From: a bacterium
Lineage (GTDB): Bacteria > Patescibacteriota > Minisyncoccia > 1-14-0-10-42-19
Direction: 5' to 3'
DNA: 64,000 nt
Assembly: GCA_030690215.1 (NCBI GenBank)
Contig: JAUYHD010000029.1
Span: 14,568-78,567, forward strand
A program made the translations under genes and the position numbers. Of this stretch, positions 1-9,125 are shown piece by piece. The notes below the pieces were generated by a model, which saw only the letters and a program-made list of their open reading frames with translations, did not search any database and was not told where the DNA came from. Numbering within the stretch: the stretch's first letter is position 1; each line of letters begins with the position of its first letter.

Positions 1-47
1 TTTGTCATGATAATTATGTTATGAGTAATGGGTAATGAGCAAATGCC

Positions 48-1898
48 CTATTCAACGGTAACGCTTTTCGCGAGATTCCGGGGCTTATCGACATCGGTAC
101 CCCGAAACACGGCAACATAATACGCAAAAAGCTGCAACGGAATAACCGCAAGTATGGGACTTAACGATTCCCGTACCTGTGGGACAGAAATAACATGTTT
201 TGTGTATGTTGGGATAAGCGCGTCTCCCGCTGAAGCAACTACAATGACCGGCCCCTTGCGCGCGCGAATTTCTTGGATCGCAGACACCGTTTTCTCATAT
301 ACGCTATCGCGTAGCGCTACTACAAAAGTAGGAATGCTTGCGTCAATCAATGCGATTGGCCCGTGTTTTATTTCTCCTGCAGGATACCCCTCCGCGTGGA
401 TATATGATATTTCTTTCAACTTTAAGGAGCCCTCAAGAGCCGTTGGCCAATTATACCTCCTGCCCAAAAAAAGAAAGTTGTCGGCAGTATAAAATTTCTT
501 CGCTATTTTTTTTACCGCATCGCTTTCTTTGAGCACCGCCCTGCACTTATGCGAAAGCGCTAAAAGGTCTTTTAAAAACGCTTCGCGCTCTTTTTTGGGA
601 TGCATATTACGAATATCTCCCATGTATGCCGCACAGAGGGACAAAATCACAATTTGGGACACGAATGCCTTTGTTGAAGCAACCGCTATTTCTGGCCCCG
701 CGTGGTTGTATAAGCCTGCATGCACCTCACGCGCGATTGATGAGCCGACAACATTTACAATACCGATAGTAAGCGCACCCTGTTTTTTTGCCTCCCGCAC
801 TGCTTCCAGCGTATCTGCAGTCTCTCCCGACTGCGAGACAGCAACGACAAGAACGTCTTTATCCACCACATGAGGCGCGTATCGGAACTCTGAGGCATAA
901 GCGACCTCAACGGGTAACGCCGCCATCTCTTCAAAAAGATATTTCCCGATAAGCCCCGCGTAATAGGATGTACCGCACGCAACAATCACAATGCGCTTTA
1001 TAGACGCGAGTTTCTTTTGGATCGCTTCAATCCCGCCAAGTTTAATAATATTTTCTTTTACAAGCACGCGGCCGCGAAGCGCGTTATCAATCACATCGGG
1101 GATTTCGTGAATTTCTTTCAGCATAAAATGAGGGAATCCTCCTTTTTGGGATTCTTCTATGGTCCAATCAACAAGTGTTGTTGGTTTTGAAACCGTATTA
1201 TTCGCGATATCAAATACACGGTGCCCTTTTGAGGAAAGTGAAATCATTTCATTATCGTCTAAATACAATACGCGTTTTGTGTGTTCGGCGATAGCGCTTA
1301 TGTCAGACGCAATAATATATTCCCCGTTTTTCCCTATTCCTACAAGTAACGGAGAGCCTCTTCGTGCCGCGACCAACGTAGAAGGCCAGCGAGAAGAAAG
1401 CGCGACAATGCCGAATGTCCCTCGCACATGATGGAGCGCTTGGCGAAGCGCGTCTTCAAAGGACGGCGCGCCAAACGCAAGCATCCGCTCAATAAGATGC
1501 ACGAGCACTTCAGAGTCGGTATGGGAACGGAATATATGCCCCTCACGCACAAGCGCTTCCCGCAAGAGTTCGTGGTTTTCTATAATGCCATTATGCACGA
1601 GCATTATTTCTTTTTTGCACCCGATATGCGGGTGGGCGTTTTGTTTTGTGGGGACGCCATGCGTCGCCCATCGAGTGTGGCCGATAACCGCGGTTTTCTC
1701 TTTCGCCTTTTTCCCCCGCAGTGCCGTTTTTAACGATTGGAGGCGGCCTACTGTTTTTATTACACAGGGCTCTGCGTTTTTTTCCGCAAAAAATGCTACC
1801 CCGGCGGAATCATATCCTCGGTATTCAAGACGTTCAAGCCCTTTTGTCACCACAGACATGCCGTCTTTTTCTCCTATGTATCCTACGATGCCGCACAT
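48..1898 (-). CDS. glmS: glutamine--fructose-6-phosphate aminotransferase (isomerising)
   Basis: N-terminal MCGIVGY class-II amidotransferase Cys; two SIS-domain-like halves; C-terminal KPRNLAKSVTVE typical of GlmS; 616 aa. Confidence 0.95.
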   Translation of the reverse strand: MCGIVGYIGEKDGMSVVTKGLERLEYRGYDSAGVAFFAEKNAEPCVIKTVGRLQSLKTALRGKKAKEKTAVIGHTRWATHGVPTKQNAHPHIGCKKEIMLVHNGIIENHELLREALVREGHIFRSHTDSEVLVHLIERMLAFGAPSFEDALRQALHHVRGTFGIVALSSRWPSTLVAARRGSPLLVGIGKNGEYIIASDISAIAEHTKRVLYLDDNEMISLSSKGHRVFDIANNTVSKPTTLVDWTIEESQKGGFPHFMLKEIHEIPDVIDNALRGRVLVKENIIKLGGIEAIQKKLASIKRIVIVACGTSYYAGLIGKYLFEEMAALPVEVAYASEFRYAPHVVDKDVLVVAVSQSGETADTLEAVREAKKQGALTIGIVNVVGSSIAREVHAGLYNHAGPEIAVASTKAFVSQIVILSLCAAYMGDIRNMHPKKEREAFLKDLLALSHKCRAVLKESDAVKKIAKKFYTADNFLFLGRRYNWPTALEGSLKLKEISYIHAEGYPAGEIKHGPIALIDASIPTFVVALRDSVYEKTVSAIQEIRARKGPVIVVASAGDALIPTYTKHVISVPQVRESLSPILAVIPLQLFAYYVAVFRGTDVDKPRNLAKSVTVE

Positions 1899-2054
1899 AT
1901 AAATAATTTAAAATGTAAATATCAAAATGCAAAATTATTCCGATTTCATCGAGAATCCTCGGTGCCGACTACGTCGAGCATTCTCGGTAAAACCAGAACA
2001 AAGTCGGGACAAATTCTAAATTATACATTCACAATATGGGCAGGGGTATATAAT

Positions 2055-2810
2055 CTACTTCTCTAACCGATCCCACAACATATCAAATAATAAACGCTGC
2101 GTGCGCGCTATTTTCCCATCATCAATACGAACACCAAACGGCGTATCATCTTCTGCAACCGAAATTAATGCGATTTTTGGCCCATACACAATCATATAGG
2201 CGGGGGCATCGTGTGTGACTATTTTTCGTTCAGCCATAGCTATGTGTTTCGGGTCAGCTCCCTCCCCAAGCCCGATTACTTTTGTAAAAATTCCTCGTTT
2301 TACTTTTTCTTTCGTAAAATTCGGAAACAGCTTATATAAATAACTGCGAACTGATTTTGAAGAATACAACACGTACTCTTTCTCATTTTTTTCTTGCGTA
2401 AGCGTCTCGAGCACATCATCAAGGATTTTTTTTATACCTTCGTCGGAATCAAAGTATTCAACACGCGGCCGTCCGCCTTGTTTCGCGTAGAGCGACATAA
2501 GCTGCGGCATTACTTCTTCAATTTTTTTTGTCTGGTCGCGAAGCGCGCGTCCCCTCTCTTCCAATACCGCAACAATATTTTTTGGGGGCGCGAGTAAAAA
2601 TCGGCGCCGCGATCCTTGGCGCTCCGAAAGCAAAAGGCCTTTTTCTAAAAGCGTCTCAAGGATATCGTGAACCGTACCCCGATTGATTCCGGTCCGCATA
2701 GACAGTTCTCGCACTGTTCCTCGCCCAAGAGGCAAAAGAGCGTCATATACCGTAATCTCTTTGTCATTTAAATCTATGCTTTTGAGCACTGTTTGAAGTT
2801 CTGGGACCAT
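2055..2810 (-). CDS. TrmB-family transcriptional regulator (sugar-responsive HTH)
   Basis: N-terminal wHTH (LPLGRGTVRELSMRTGINRGTVHDILETLLEKGLL) plus C-terminal sensor-like domain; 251 aa. Confidence 0.65.
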   Translation of the reverse strand: MVPELQTVLKSIDLNDKEITVYDALLPLGRGTVRELSMRTGINRGTVHDILETLLEKGLLLSERQGSRRRFLLAPPKNIVAVLEERGRALRDQTKKIEEVMPQLMSLYAKQGGRPRVEYFDSDEGIKKILDDVLETLTQEKNEKEYVLYSSKSVRSYLYKLFPNFTKEKVKRGIFTKVIGLGEGADPKHIAMAERKIVTHDAPAYMIVYGPKIALISVAEDDTPFGVRIDDGKIARTQRLLFDMLWDRLEK

Positions 2811-2902
2811 AATTTTATGGTATTTTAATGGAATTATTTGTCAACAAATTCTCTGCATAAGCTGTGGATAACACTTAAAAACCCCTTTATTCCAACAAAA
2901 AA

Positions 2903-2945
2903 GCCGGCACTTTTGACAAAATACCGGCTTATTTTTTAATAATTT
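2903..2945 (-). terminator. rho-independent terminator downstream of 2979..3512 gene
   Basis: stem aagccgg/ccggctt followed by U-run on minus strand. Confidence 0.5.
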
Positions 2946-2978
2946 TTGCATACACATACAGACACGCACAAAAATATC

Positions 2979-3512
2979 TTAATAAACAAATGGGAGCAAC
3001 CTATACGGAGTTTTCTTGGTGAACATAGCCCATTCTCCAGGAAAAGCGTTTTGTAAAACTTTTTCCTCCTTTCGTACTTGGTAGATAAAAGCAAGAACGC
3101 TGAATATATTAAGAAAGAAAAACGGGCTAAAAAACACTAGCTCTATACCGCACCCCACAAAAAGAGTCCCCGTGTAGATGGGATTTCTTACGAAACGATA
3201 TACCCCTCGTACAATAAGACGATTTGGCGCCTCCATAACAGCCGCGGCCCGATAATTTTCGGCCAACAATAAACGAGAATAACTTGCGATAAGCACTCCC
3301 GCAAGAAAAAGCGCTACTCCTGCGCACGATGCCCACAAAGGAACATGCTTTGACACCCCGAACCCAACGAACAGTTGTAAGCAGAAAAATAACACAACGC
3401 CTCCGTCAAGAATCCATGTTCGTATGTTGTTTGTATGTTTTTCAATCGCAAAATAAAGCATCCATTTAACAGAAAAGTATACTGCCAGCCCCGCGATAAG
3501 AATTATCTGCAT
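2979..3512 (-). CDS. isoprenylcysteine carboxyl methyltransferase (ICMT/PEMT) family membrane protein
   Basis: multi-TM, RNPIYTG motif region (VRGVYRFVRNPIYTGTLF) characteristic of ICMT/PEMT family. Confidence 0.6.
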   Translation of the reverse strand: MQIILIAGLAVYFSVKWMLYFAIEKHTNNIRTWILDGGVVLFFCLQLFVGFGVSKHVPLWASCAGVALFLAGVLIASYSRLLLAENYRAAAVMEAPNRLIVRGVYRFVRNPIYTGTLFVGCGIELVFFSPFFFLNIFSVLAFIYQVRKEEKVLQNAFPGEWAMFTKKTPYRLLPFVY

Positions 3513-3623
3513 TATTTTCTCCTTTCAAGGTAATATTACACGCATAGTACCATAAAAAATCCGTTTGCGCAAGAACAACAAAAAAAGCCCCAAAGAGAGA
3601 CTTTTTTATATTGCGTATACATT

Positions 3624-4769
3624 TTAAAGAATCATTGATTCTAAATCTTTTGGGAAAACATTCAAATTGCGGCATCCGTCTTTCTCAACAATAACTACGT
3701 CCTCAATGCGTATCCCCCCCGCCAGTATGTGCCCGTTGGCTTTCGGATAATATAATCCGGGCTCTATCGTTATCGCATAACGCTCTTCAAGAATAATGCC
3801 GGGGGTTCCTATCCGGGGATACTCGTGTATCTCAAGACCTAAACCATGTCCCGTTGAATGGATAAAACCTCTTCCGTTTTTAGGGTCTCTTGGGTAGCCG
3901 CTTTCTTCAAAAAATTCGAGTATCCAGTTATGGATATCGGCTCCGGCTACTCCAGCCCGCACCATTTTGATTCCTGTTGTCTGTGCTTTTAGCACTGTGT
4001 CATACATTTTCTTAAACTCTTCAGCGGGTTCTCCCTTAAAAACAGTGCGTGTCATATCGCCCCAGTAGTGTGTTTCCATATGTACCGGGAATATGTCAAT
4101 AATAATCGGCGAATATGCCAATAATACACCTGATCCCATATCATGAGGTTTTGCTGCTTGCGTACCGGACGCTACAATTGTCTCTCCTGCCAGATATCCG
4201 TTCTTATAAAGATGCAGGTTGATTATTTCCTTCACCTGCTCGGCTGTTACTTCTCGGCCTTCGTGACAAATCTTATCATTCTTTACGGAACATATTCGTA
4301 AAAAATCAATTGCCTTTTGCAGAGATGATTCAACTGTCTCCTGCGCATGCTTCAAGTATCCTATTTCTTCGTCGGTTTTTATGATGCGGTCCTGATAAAA
4401 AGGCGGATCCTGAAACCGAACCATAAACCTTTTCCGCAGAAACTCCGCGGATTTCGCGGGGAAATCTGAAGGAAGAACAACCCTTCTAACACCATGTTCT
4501 TCTAAAAATTTGCGCGTGACAGCTGCTTTTTCTTTTGATGTCATCCTCCGCTCGCTTCTAAAGGTAGCTGTGTTGATTACTTCATCAACTTTCGCCTCCT
4601 CCTTTGCTCTCCCGTATTCAAGCTCGTTTGTAAAAAGGAATGTACTGCCATTAACCTCTACAAAAAATACGGGGTCGGGAACGGCAAAACGGGTTTTCCA
4701 TAATATATCTTCGGAAGGATGCCCTCCGCCCATCATGGTAGAACCATACAATATCCTTGCTTCTTTCAT
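3624..4769 (-). CDS. Xaa-Pro aminopeptidase / M24 family metallopeptidase
   Basis: M24 pita-bread motifs (HSTGHGLGLEIHEYP, GIRIEDVV); likely start MKEARILYG at 4769 preceded by AGGAGG (ORF track extends to 4808). Confidence 0.85.
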   Translation of the reverse strand: MKEARILYGSTMMGGGHPSEDILWKTRFAVPDPVFFVEVNGSTFLFTNELEYGRAKEEAKVDEVINTATFRSERRMTSKEKAAVTRKFLEEHGVRRVVLPSDFPAKSAEFLRKRFMVRFQDPPFYQDRIIKTDEEIGYLKHAQETVESSLQKAIDFLRICSVKNDKICHEGREVTAEQVKEIINLHLYKNGYLAGETIVASGTQAAKPHDMGSGVLLAYSPIIIDIFPVHMETHYWGDMTRTVFKGEPAEEFKKMYDTVLKAQTTGIKMVRAGVAGADIHNWILEFFEESGYPRDPKNGRGFIHSTGHGLGLEIHEYPRIGTPGIILEERYAITIEPGLYYPKANGHILAGGIRIEDVVIVEKDGCRNLNVFPKDLESMIL

Positions 4770-4912
4770 TTTTTCCCTCCTGTTAACGTTCAAAGCTGTA
4801 AACACCATACCACGAAAATCTCATAAAAACAACCACAAAAGGCAATATGCGGGTGCATTACCTGGCGCTATTGAAAAAAAATGAAAAATGTGTAATAATA
4901 TATGACATATGA

Positions 4913-5032
4913 GTCCCGTTAGAGGCCGCGATCGGGTGTGCCATTGCGGGGGCATCAGATATTCATATATTATAAGCTATCTTAATTTCTGGTAGATTGC
5001 ATCATTGATCGCGACCTGCCTCTAACGGGATG
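4913..5032 (+). promoter_or_regulatory. long imperfect hairpin (20 bp stem, ~70 nt interior) ending at the ATG of the downstream nucleotidyltransferase gene
   Basis: gtcccgttagaggccgcgatcg ... cgatcgcgacctgcctctaacgggATG; 3' arm abuts the start codon; no SD present. Confidence 0.5.
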
Positions 5033-5722
5033 AAGGCTGTTATCTTGGCTGCAGGCGAAGGAACCCGCATGCGGCCGCTCACCAACGACACGCCAAAACC
5101 CATGCTTTTTGTTTCAGGAAAGCCGCTTCTTCTGCATATGCTGGACTCTCTCCCTGAAGAAATAAATGAAATCATTCTTGTTACCGGTTATCTTGAAGAA
5201 AAGATCAAAGCATATTTTGGAGAACAATTCGGGAGATTCCGCATCCGTTACATAAAGCAGAACGAAAAAAAAGGCACGGGCGACGCGCTATTTCTGTGCA
5301 AGCCGTTTTTCGCAAAAAACGAGCGTTTTCTCGTAATGTACGCTGACGACCTTCATTCAAAAAAAGCGATAGAAGAAGTTATAAAACACCCCTTAGCCAT
5401 ACTTGTAAAAGAAGTTGAAAACCCTCGAGCATTTGGCGTGATTACAACTGATGAAAACGGACATATCCGCGAATTTGTAGAGAAGCCCGAAGTCCCGCCC
5501 TCCAACCTCGTATCAATAGGAGTGCAGTTGCTTGACGAGCGAATTTTTTCATACCCGCTGGAAAAACACGCAAACGGGGAATATTATTTAGTAGACGCGG
5601 TGGCGCACATGGCTCGCGACTACAAAATAAAAACGATACATACTGATTTTTGGATCCCTATAGGATACCCGGAAGATCTCAAAAAAGCGGAAGATTACTT
5701 CAATCAAAAAAAGTCCGCCTAA
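5030..5722 (+). CDS. sugar-phosphate nucleotidyltransferase (G1P thymidylyl/uridylyltransferase-like)
   Basis: MKAVILAAGEGTRMRPLT N-terminal NTP-transferase signature; 230 aa. Confidence 0.8.
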   Translation: MKAVILAAGEGTRMRPLTNDTPKPMLFVSGKPLLLHMLDSLPEEINEIILVTGYLEEKIKAYFGEQFGRFRIRYIKQNEKKGTGDALFLCKPFFAKNERFLVMYADDLHSKKAIEEVIKHPLAILVKEVENPRAFGVITTDENGHIREFVEKPEVPPSNLVSIGVQLLDERIFSYPLEKHANGEYYLVDAVAHMARDYKIKTIHTDFWIPIGYPEDLKKAEDYFNQKKSA

Positions 5723-5788
5723 TCGGCGAGACTTATTGCCCGCCTAGTCGGCGAGGCTTTCAGAAGAATGGCCCGCCTAGTCGGCGAG
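5715..5788. repeat. three tandem copies of 16-17 bp hairpin unit CCGCCTARTCGGCGAG between convergent genes
   Basis: copies at 5715-5730, 5739-5755, 5772-5788 with 8 and 16 bp spacers. Confidence 0.7.
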
Positions 5789-5819
5789 GATTGATGAGAA
5801 ATCCCCGTTAAAAGGCTTT

Positions 5820-8456
5820 TTATAGAACAATATTTACAAGACGTTTTGGAATTACAATTATTTTTTTCGGCGGACTGCCTTTCAGCAATTCTTGTATGTG
5901 CGGGCGCGAGAGCGCCTGCTTTTCCATTTCTTCTTTTGATACGTCTATCGGCGCTTGAAACTTATCGCGCATCTTTCCATTGATCTGGACTACCAACTCA
6001 AATGTTTCTTCTTTTATTTTTTCTTGGTCAAACGAAGGCCACAAAGACACATGGATTGATTTTTTTTCTCCAAGCATTTCCCATAATTCTTCGGCGAGAA
6101 AGGGGGCGAAAGGCGCGAGCAATTGCAAAAATATTTTTAAATCGTTATGAGTTATGAGCAATGAGTTACTCTCAAATTCTCGCAATAAAATCATTAACTG
6201 CGATATTGCGGTATTATAATTCAGCGACTCTATATCTTCCGTCACCTTTTTAATTGATTGATGTAATATTTTTTCAATTTTGTTTCGTCCCCCTGATTCC
6301 TGATTCTTAATTCCTAATTCCTGTCCCAGTTTCCATACTCGTTCCAAAAACCGCGTTATTCCTTTAATACCATCGTCCCGAAAATCCCCTCCTTGTTCAA
6401 ACGGCCCCAAAAACATGAGATACATACGGAGCGCATCGGCGCCATATGCCTTGATATATATGTCGGGGTTTACAACATTACCGCGCGACTTGGACATTTT
6501 TGCGCCATCTTTTATTAAGAGGCCGTGTGCCCGGAATTGTGCAAACGGTTCATTAAAACCAACCAATCCCCAATCGTAAAATACTTTCGCAAGAAAACGA
6601 GTATATAAGAGATGAAGCACTGCATGTTCCGCTCCCCCGATATACATATGCACCGGCAACCACTTCGCCATCATTTCTTTAAATGATGAATTTTTAATTT
6701 TTCCGCCCGAGGCGGATCCGCCTTTGGCGGACAATTTCTCCCGACGTAAAGTCGGGATCCCGACTTCATTATTTAAAGATATAAATGGTACGTCGGGACA
6801 ATTTTCAAATTTCATTAAATACCCAATATAGTACCATGCGGAATCTAAGAAGGTGTCCGATACATCGGTTTCTCGGCGCGCTTTTTGCCCGCATTTCGGG
6901 CAGTCGATTTCGTAAAACTTTTTTACCGCTGCAAGAGGCGACGTAGTGCTTCCCGTGGGCTTAAACTCTTTTACATACGGCAAAACAACCGGTAAATCTT
7001 TTTCAGGAACCGAAAACCAGCCGGGATTTTCTAATTCCCCTTTGTTATATTCCTCTTTGTCCTCAATTCTTAATTCCATATTCTTAATTCTCTGAGCGCA
7101 GTTTTCGCAGAAAACGAGCGGTATTGGAGGCCCCCAATATCGCTGACGGCTGATTAACCAATCGCGAAGACGATAAGTCGTTGTTCTTTTTCCTCCTACT
7201 TTTTTGGCAATTTCCCATTTTGCCTTCTCCGATTCCATGCCATTAAATACATCCGAAGCAACTAAATGACCCTTCCCTGTATACGCCTCATCCAATATAG
7301 GGCATGTTTTTGCGGGGTAATGCGGGCATACAACCATAATCATTGGGAGATTATATTTCTTTGCAAACTCAAAATCTCTTGAGTCGTGCGCAGGGACTGC
7401 CATAATAGCACCCGTTCCCACCCCGCCTAGCACATAATCGGCAACCCAGATTGGGATTTCTTCATTATTTGCAGGATTGATTGCCATCACGCCTTCCAAT
7501 TGCACCCCTGTCTTGTCTTTATTATCGGTAATTCTTTCTTCTTCAGTCTTACTTTTTGTTTTCTCTATATACGCGCTAATTTCTTCTTTATTCCTGATTC
7601 TTGATTCTAACTTCTTAAGTAATTCGTGTTCTGGCGCAAGAACCATGTATGTCGCGCCAAACAATGTGTCGGGTCTTGTCGTAAAAACCCTGATACTTGA
7701 TTCAAAATTCTTAATTCTAAATTCTATTTCTGCGCCTTCACTCTCGCCTATCCAATTTTTCTGCGCGATTTTTACTTTCTCAGACCAATCAATATTCTTC
7801 AAATCATCCAACAAGCGTTTTGTATAATTCGTAATTTTGAAAAACCACTGCTCAAGTTCTTTTTTTATTACGATGCTGTCGCATCGTTCACATTTTCCTT
7901 GAATCACCTGCTCATCGGAAAGAACCGTTTTACACCCGGGGCACCAATTTACTTTTGCTTTTTTCCGGTAAGCCAACCCCCTTTTAAACATCTGCACAAA
8001 AATCCACTGAGTCCAACGGTAGTATTCAGGATCATATGTTTCGAGCTTTTCGTTCCACGCAAAACCATTGCCAATCATTCGGAGCTGGCTATAAAAATTC
8101 TTTGCGCTTTTTTCTGCAAGCTTCATCGGATGCGCCCCGATTTTGAGCGCGTAATTTTCCGAATGAATGCCAAATCCATCGAGTCCTATCGGCTCAAGTA
8201 CATCATATCCCTCCATCCGCTTTTTGCGACCATAAATATCAGCGCCTACAAATGCGTACATATTACCCACATGCAAACCTTCCGCCGACGGATACGGGAA
8301 CATCATGAGGTTATAAAATGGCCGCCTATGGCGAGCCTCGCTTGCGGCGGGCTTTTTTGCTCCGCCGCCTGGCGGATTTAAGTCGGGCTCATATAGCCCG
8401 TCGTCTTGCCATTTTTTCGTCCACTTTTTTTCTATCTGTTTAGGATTATATCTCAT
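5820..8456 (-). CDS. leuS: leucine--tRNA ligase
   Basis: class I aaRS HMGH-like (PYPSAEGLHVGN), KMSKS (KMSKSRGN), WLPVHMYIGGAEHAVLHLLY LeuRS hallmark; 878 aa. Confidence 0.95.
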   Translation of the reverse strand: MRYNPKQIEKKWTKKWQDDGLYEPDLNPPGGGAKKPAASEARHRRPFYNLMMFPYPSAEGLHVGNMYAFVGADIYGRKKRMEGYDVLEPIGLDGFGIHSENYALKIGAHPMKLAEKSAKNFYSQLRMIGNGFAWNEKLETYDPEYYRWTQWIFVQMFKRGLAYRKKAKVNWCPGCKTVLSDEQVIQGKCERCDSIVIKKELEQWFFKITNYTKRLLDDLKNIDWSEKVKIAQKNWIGESEGAEIEFRIKNFESSIRVFTTRPDTLFGATYMVLAPEHELLKKLESRIRNKEEISAYIEKTKSKTEEERITDNKDKTGVQLEGVMAINPANNEEIPIWVADYVLGGVGTGAIMAVPAHDSRDFEFAKKYNLPMIMVVCPHYPAKTCPILDEAYTGKGHLVASDVFNGMESEKAKWEIAKKVGGKRTTTYRLRDWLISRQRYWGPPIPLVFCENCAQRIKNMELRIEDKEEYNKGELENPGWFSVPEKDLPVVLPYVKEFKPTGSTTSPLAAVKKFYEIDCPKCGQKARRETDVSDTFLDSAWYYIGYLMKFENCPDVPFISLNNEVGIPTLRREKLSAKGGSASGGKIKNSSFKEMMAKWLPVHMYIGGAEHAVLHLLYTRFLAKVFYDWGLVGFNEPFAQFRAHGLLIKDGAKMSKSRGNVVNPDIYIKAYGADALRMYLMFLGPFEQGGDFRDDGIKGITRFLERVWKLGQELGIKNQESGGRNKIEKILHQSIKKVTEDIESLNYNTAISQLMILLREFESNSLLITHNDLKIFLQLLAPFAPFLAEELWEMLGEKKSIHVSLWPSFDQEKIKEETFELVVQINGKMRDKFQAPIDVSKEEMEKQALSRPHIQELLKGSPPKKIIVIPKRLVNIVL
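6703..6798. repeat. composite GC-rich palindromic repeat (two element types) lying in-frame inside leuS
   Basis: 6703-6730 ccgcccgaggcggatccgcctttggcgg (1 mismatch to 23777-23804); 6739-6798 ~85% identical (reverse complement) to 45048-45096 intergenic element. Confidence 0.75.
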
Positions 8457-8536
8457 TTTTTCTTGCCCCGAGCGTAGTCGAGGGGGTCTATTTTTTTAGG
8501 GTTATATCGCTGCATTTCCTTAGAATAGCGTATTTT

Positions 8537-8575
8537 TTTTACTTACTCAATAAAAAAACCGCATATACATGCGGT
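8537..8575 (-). terminator. rho-independent terminator downstream of 8585..8968
   Basis: accgcatatacatgcggt hairpin flanked by A/T runs. Confidence 0.55.
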
Positions 8576-8584
8576 TTATAAAAA

Positions 8585-8968
8585 CTACGGCGGCGAGGGC
8601 CAGGAATAATCGCTAAACCTTACCGGAAACATTGGCCTCATTAATAAAATATCGGGCCTACTAAAAACAATGCTTTTAGTTTGAACGGGTAAGGGAACAT
8701 ATATCCCTTCTTTCTGTACGACGGTAAATGGGAAGCCGGTCTTCTGCGTATCCAATTGAAGATGCGCGTCTAAAAATTTCTGATGAAATACACCTTTTTC
8801 AAAACTATCCAATCTTATTTGAAGATCTATTTTTGTAGGATCGTCTATCTTCCGATATGCTTTGAAGCGAACCTCCATCTCATTTGCCGGCATAATAAAA
8901 GAACTATATGCATAAAATAAAAACAAGCCTACCAACACCCCACCAATAAAGGGCAAGGACTTTTTCAT
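8585..8968 (-). CDS. hypothetical N-terminally membrane-anchored protein
   Basis: GGAGG RBS; single N-terminal TM; last gene of the VirD4-like operon. Confidence 0.45.
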   Translation of the reverse strand: MKKSLPFIGGVLVGLFLFYAYSSFIMPANEMEVRFKAYRKIDDPTKIDLQIRLDSFEKGVFHQKFLDAHLQLDTQKTGFPFTVVQKEGIYVPLPVQTKSIVFSRPDILLMRPMFPVRFSDYSWPSPP

Positions 8969-9125
8969 TTATGTAACCTCCTATCAAGTTTTTTTTATTT
9001 TATAGAACGCATCCTCATCTGTCAATATATATATAAAAATTTACCCAACGAATACAGATTTTCTTTTCCGGCACAGAGGAAATCGTAAAAAGAAAAATGG
9101 CCATCAATACAAGGGGTGTTCTGCT

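Noticed and set aside
154-1906. Multiple 60-115 aa ORFs overlapping glmS on the plus strand
   Set aside because: Shadow ORFs inside a confidently identified gene.
1899-2054. Possible glmS ribozyme upstream of glmS
   Set aside because: The 157-bp leader lacks the conserved glmS-ribozyme core strings on the coding strand, as far as I can recall them (P2.1 AGCGCCAGAACU-type and GACGAGG-type segments). It only contains small hairpins of the local gtcccgac family. Cannot be excluded without cmsearch, but nothing supports it.
5715-5788. CRISPR array candidates (here and 20990-21112, 39199-39235, 40938-41180)
   Set aside because: Repeats are too short (7-17 bp) or lie within coding sequence (mnmA). 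Spacers are irregular in length, there are no cas genes, and copy numbers are 2-5. These are tandem or iteron-like repeats, not CRISPR.
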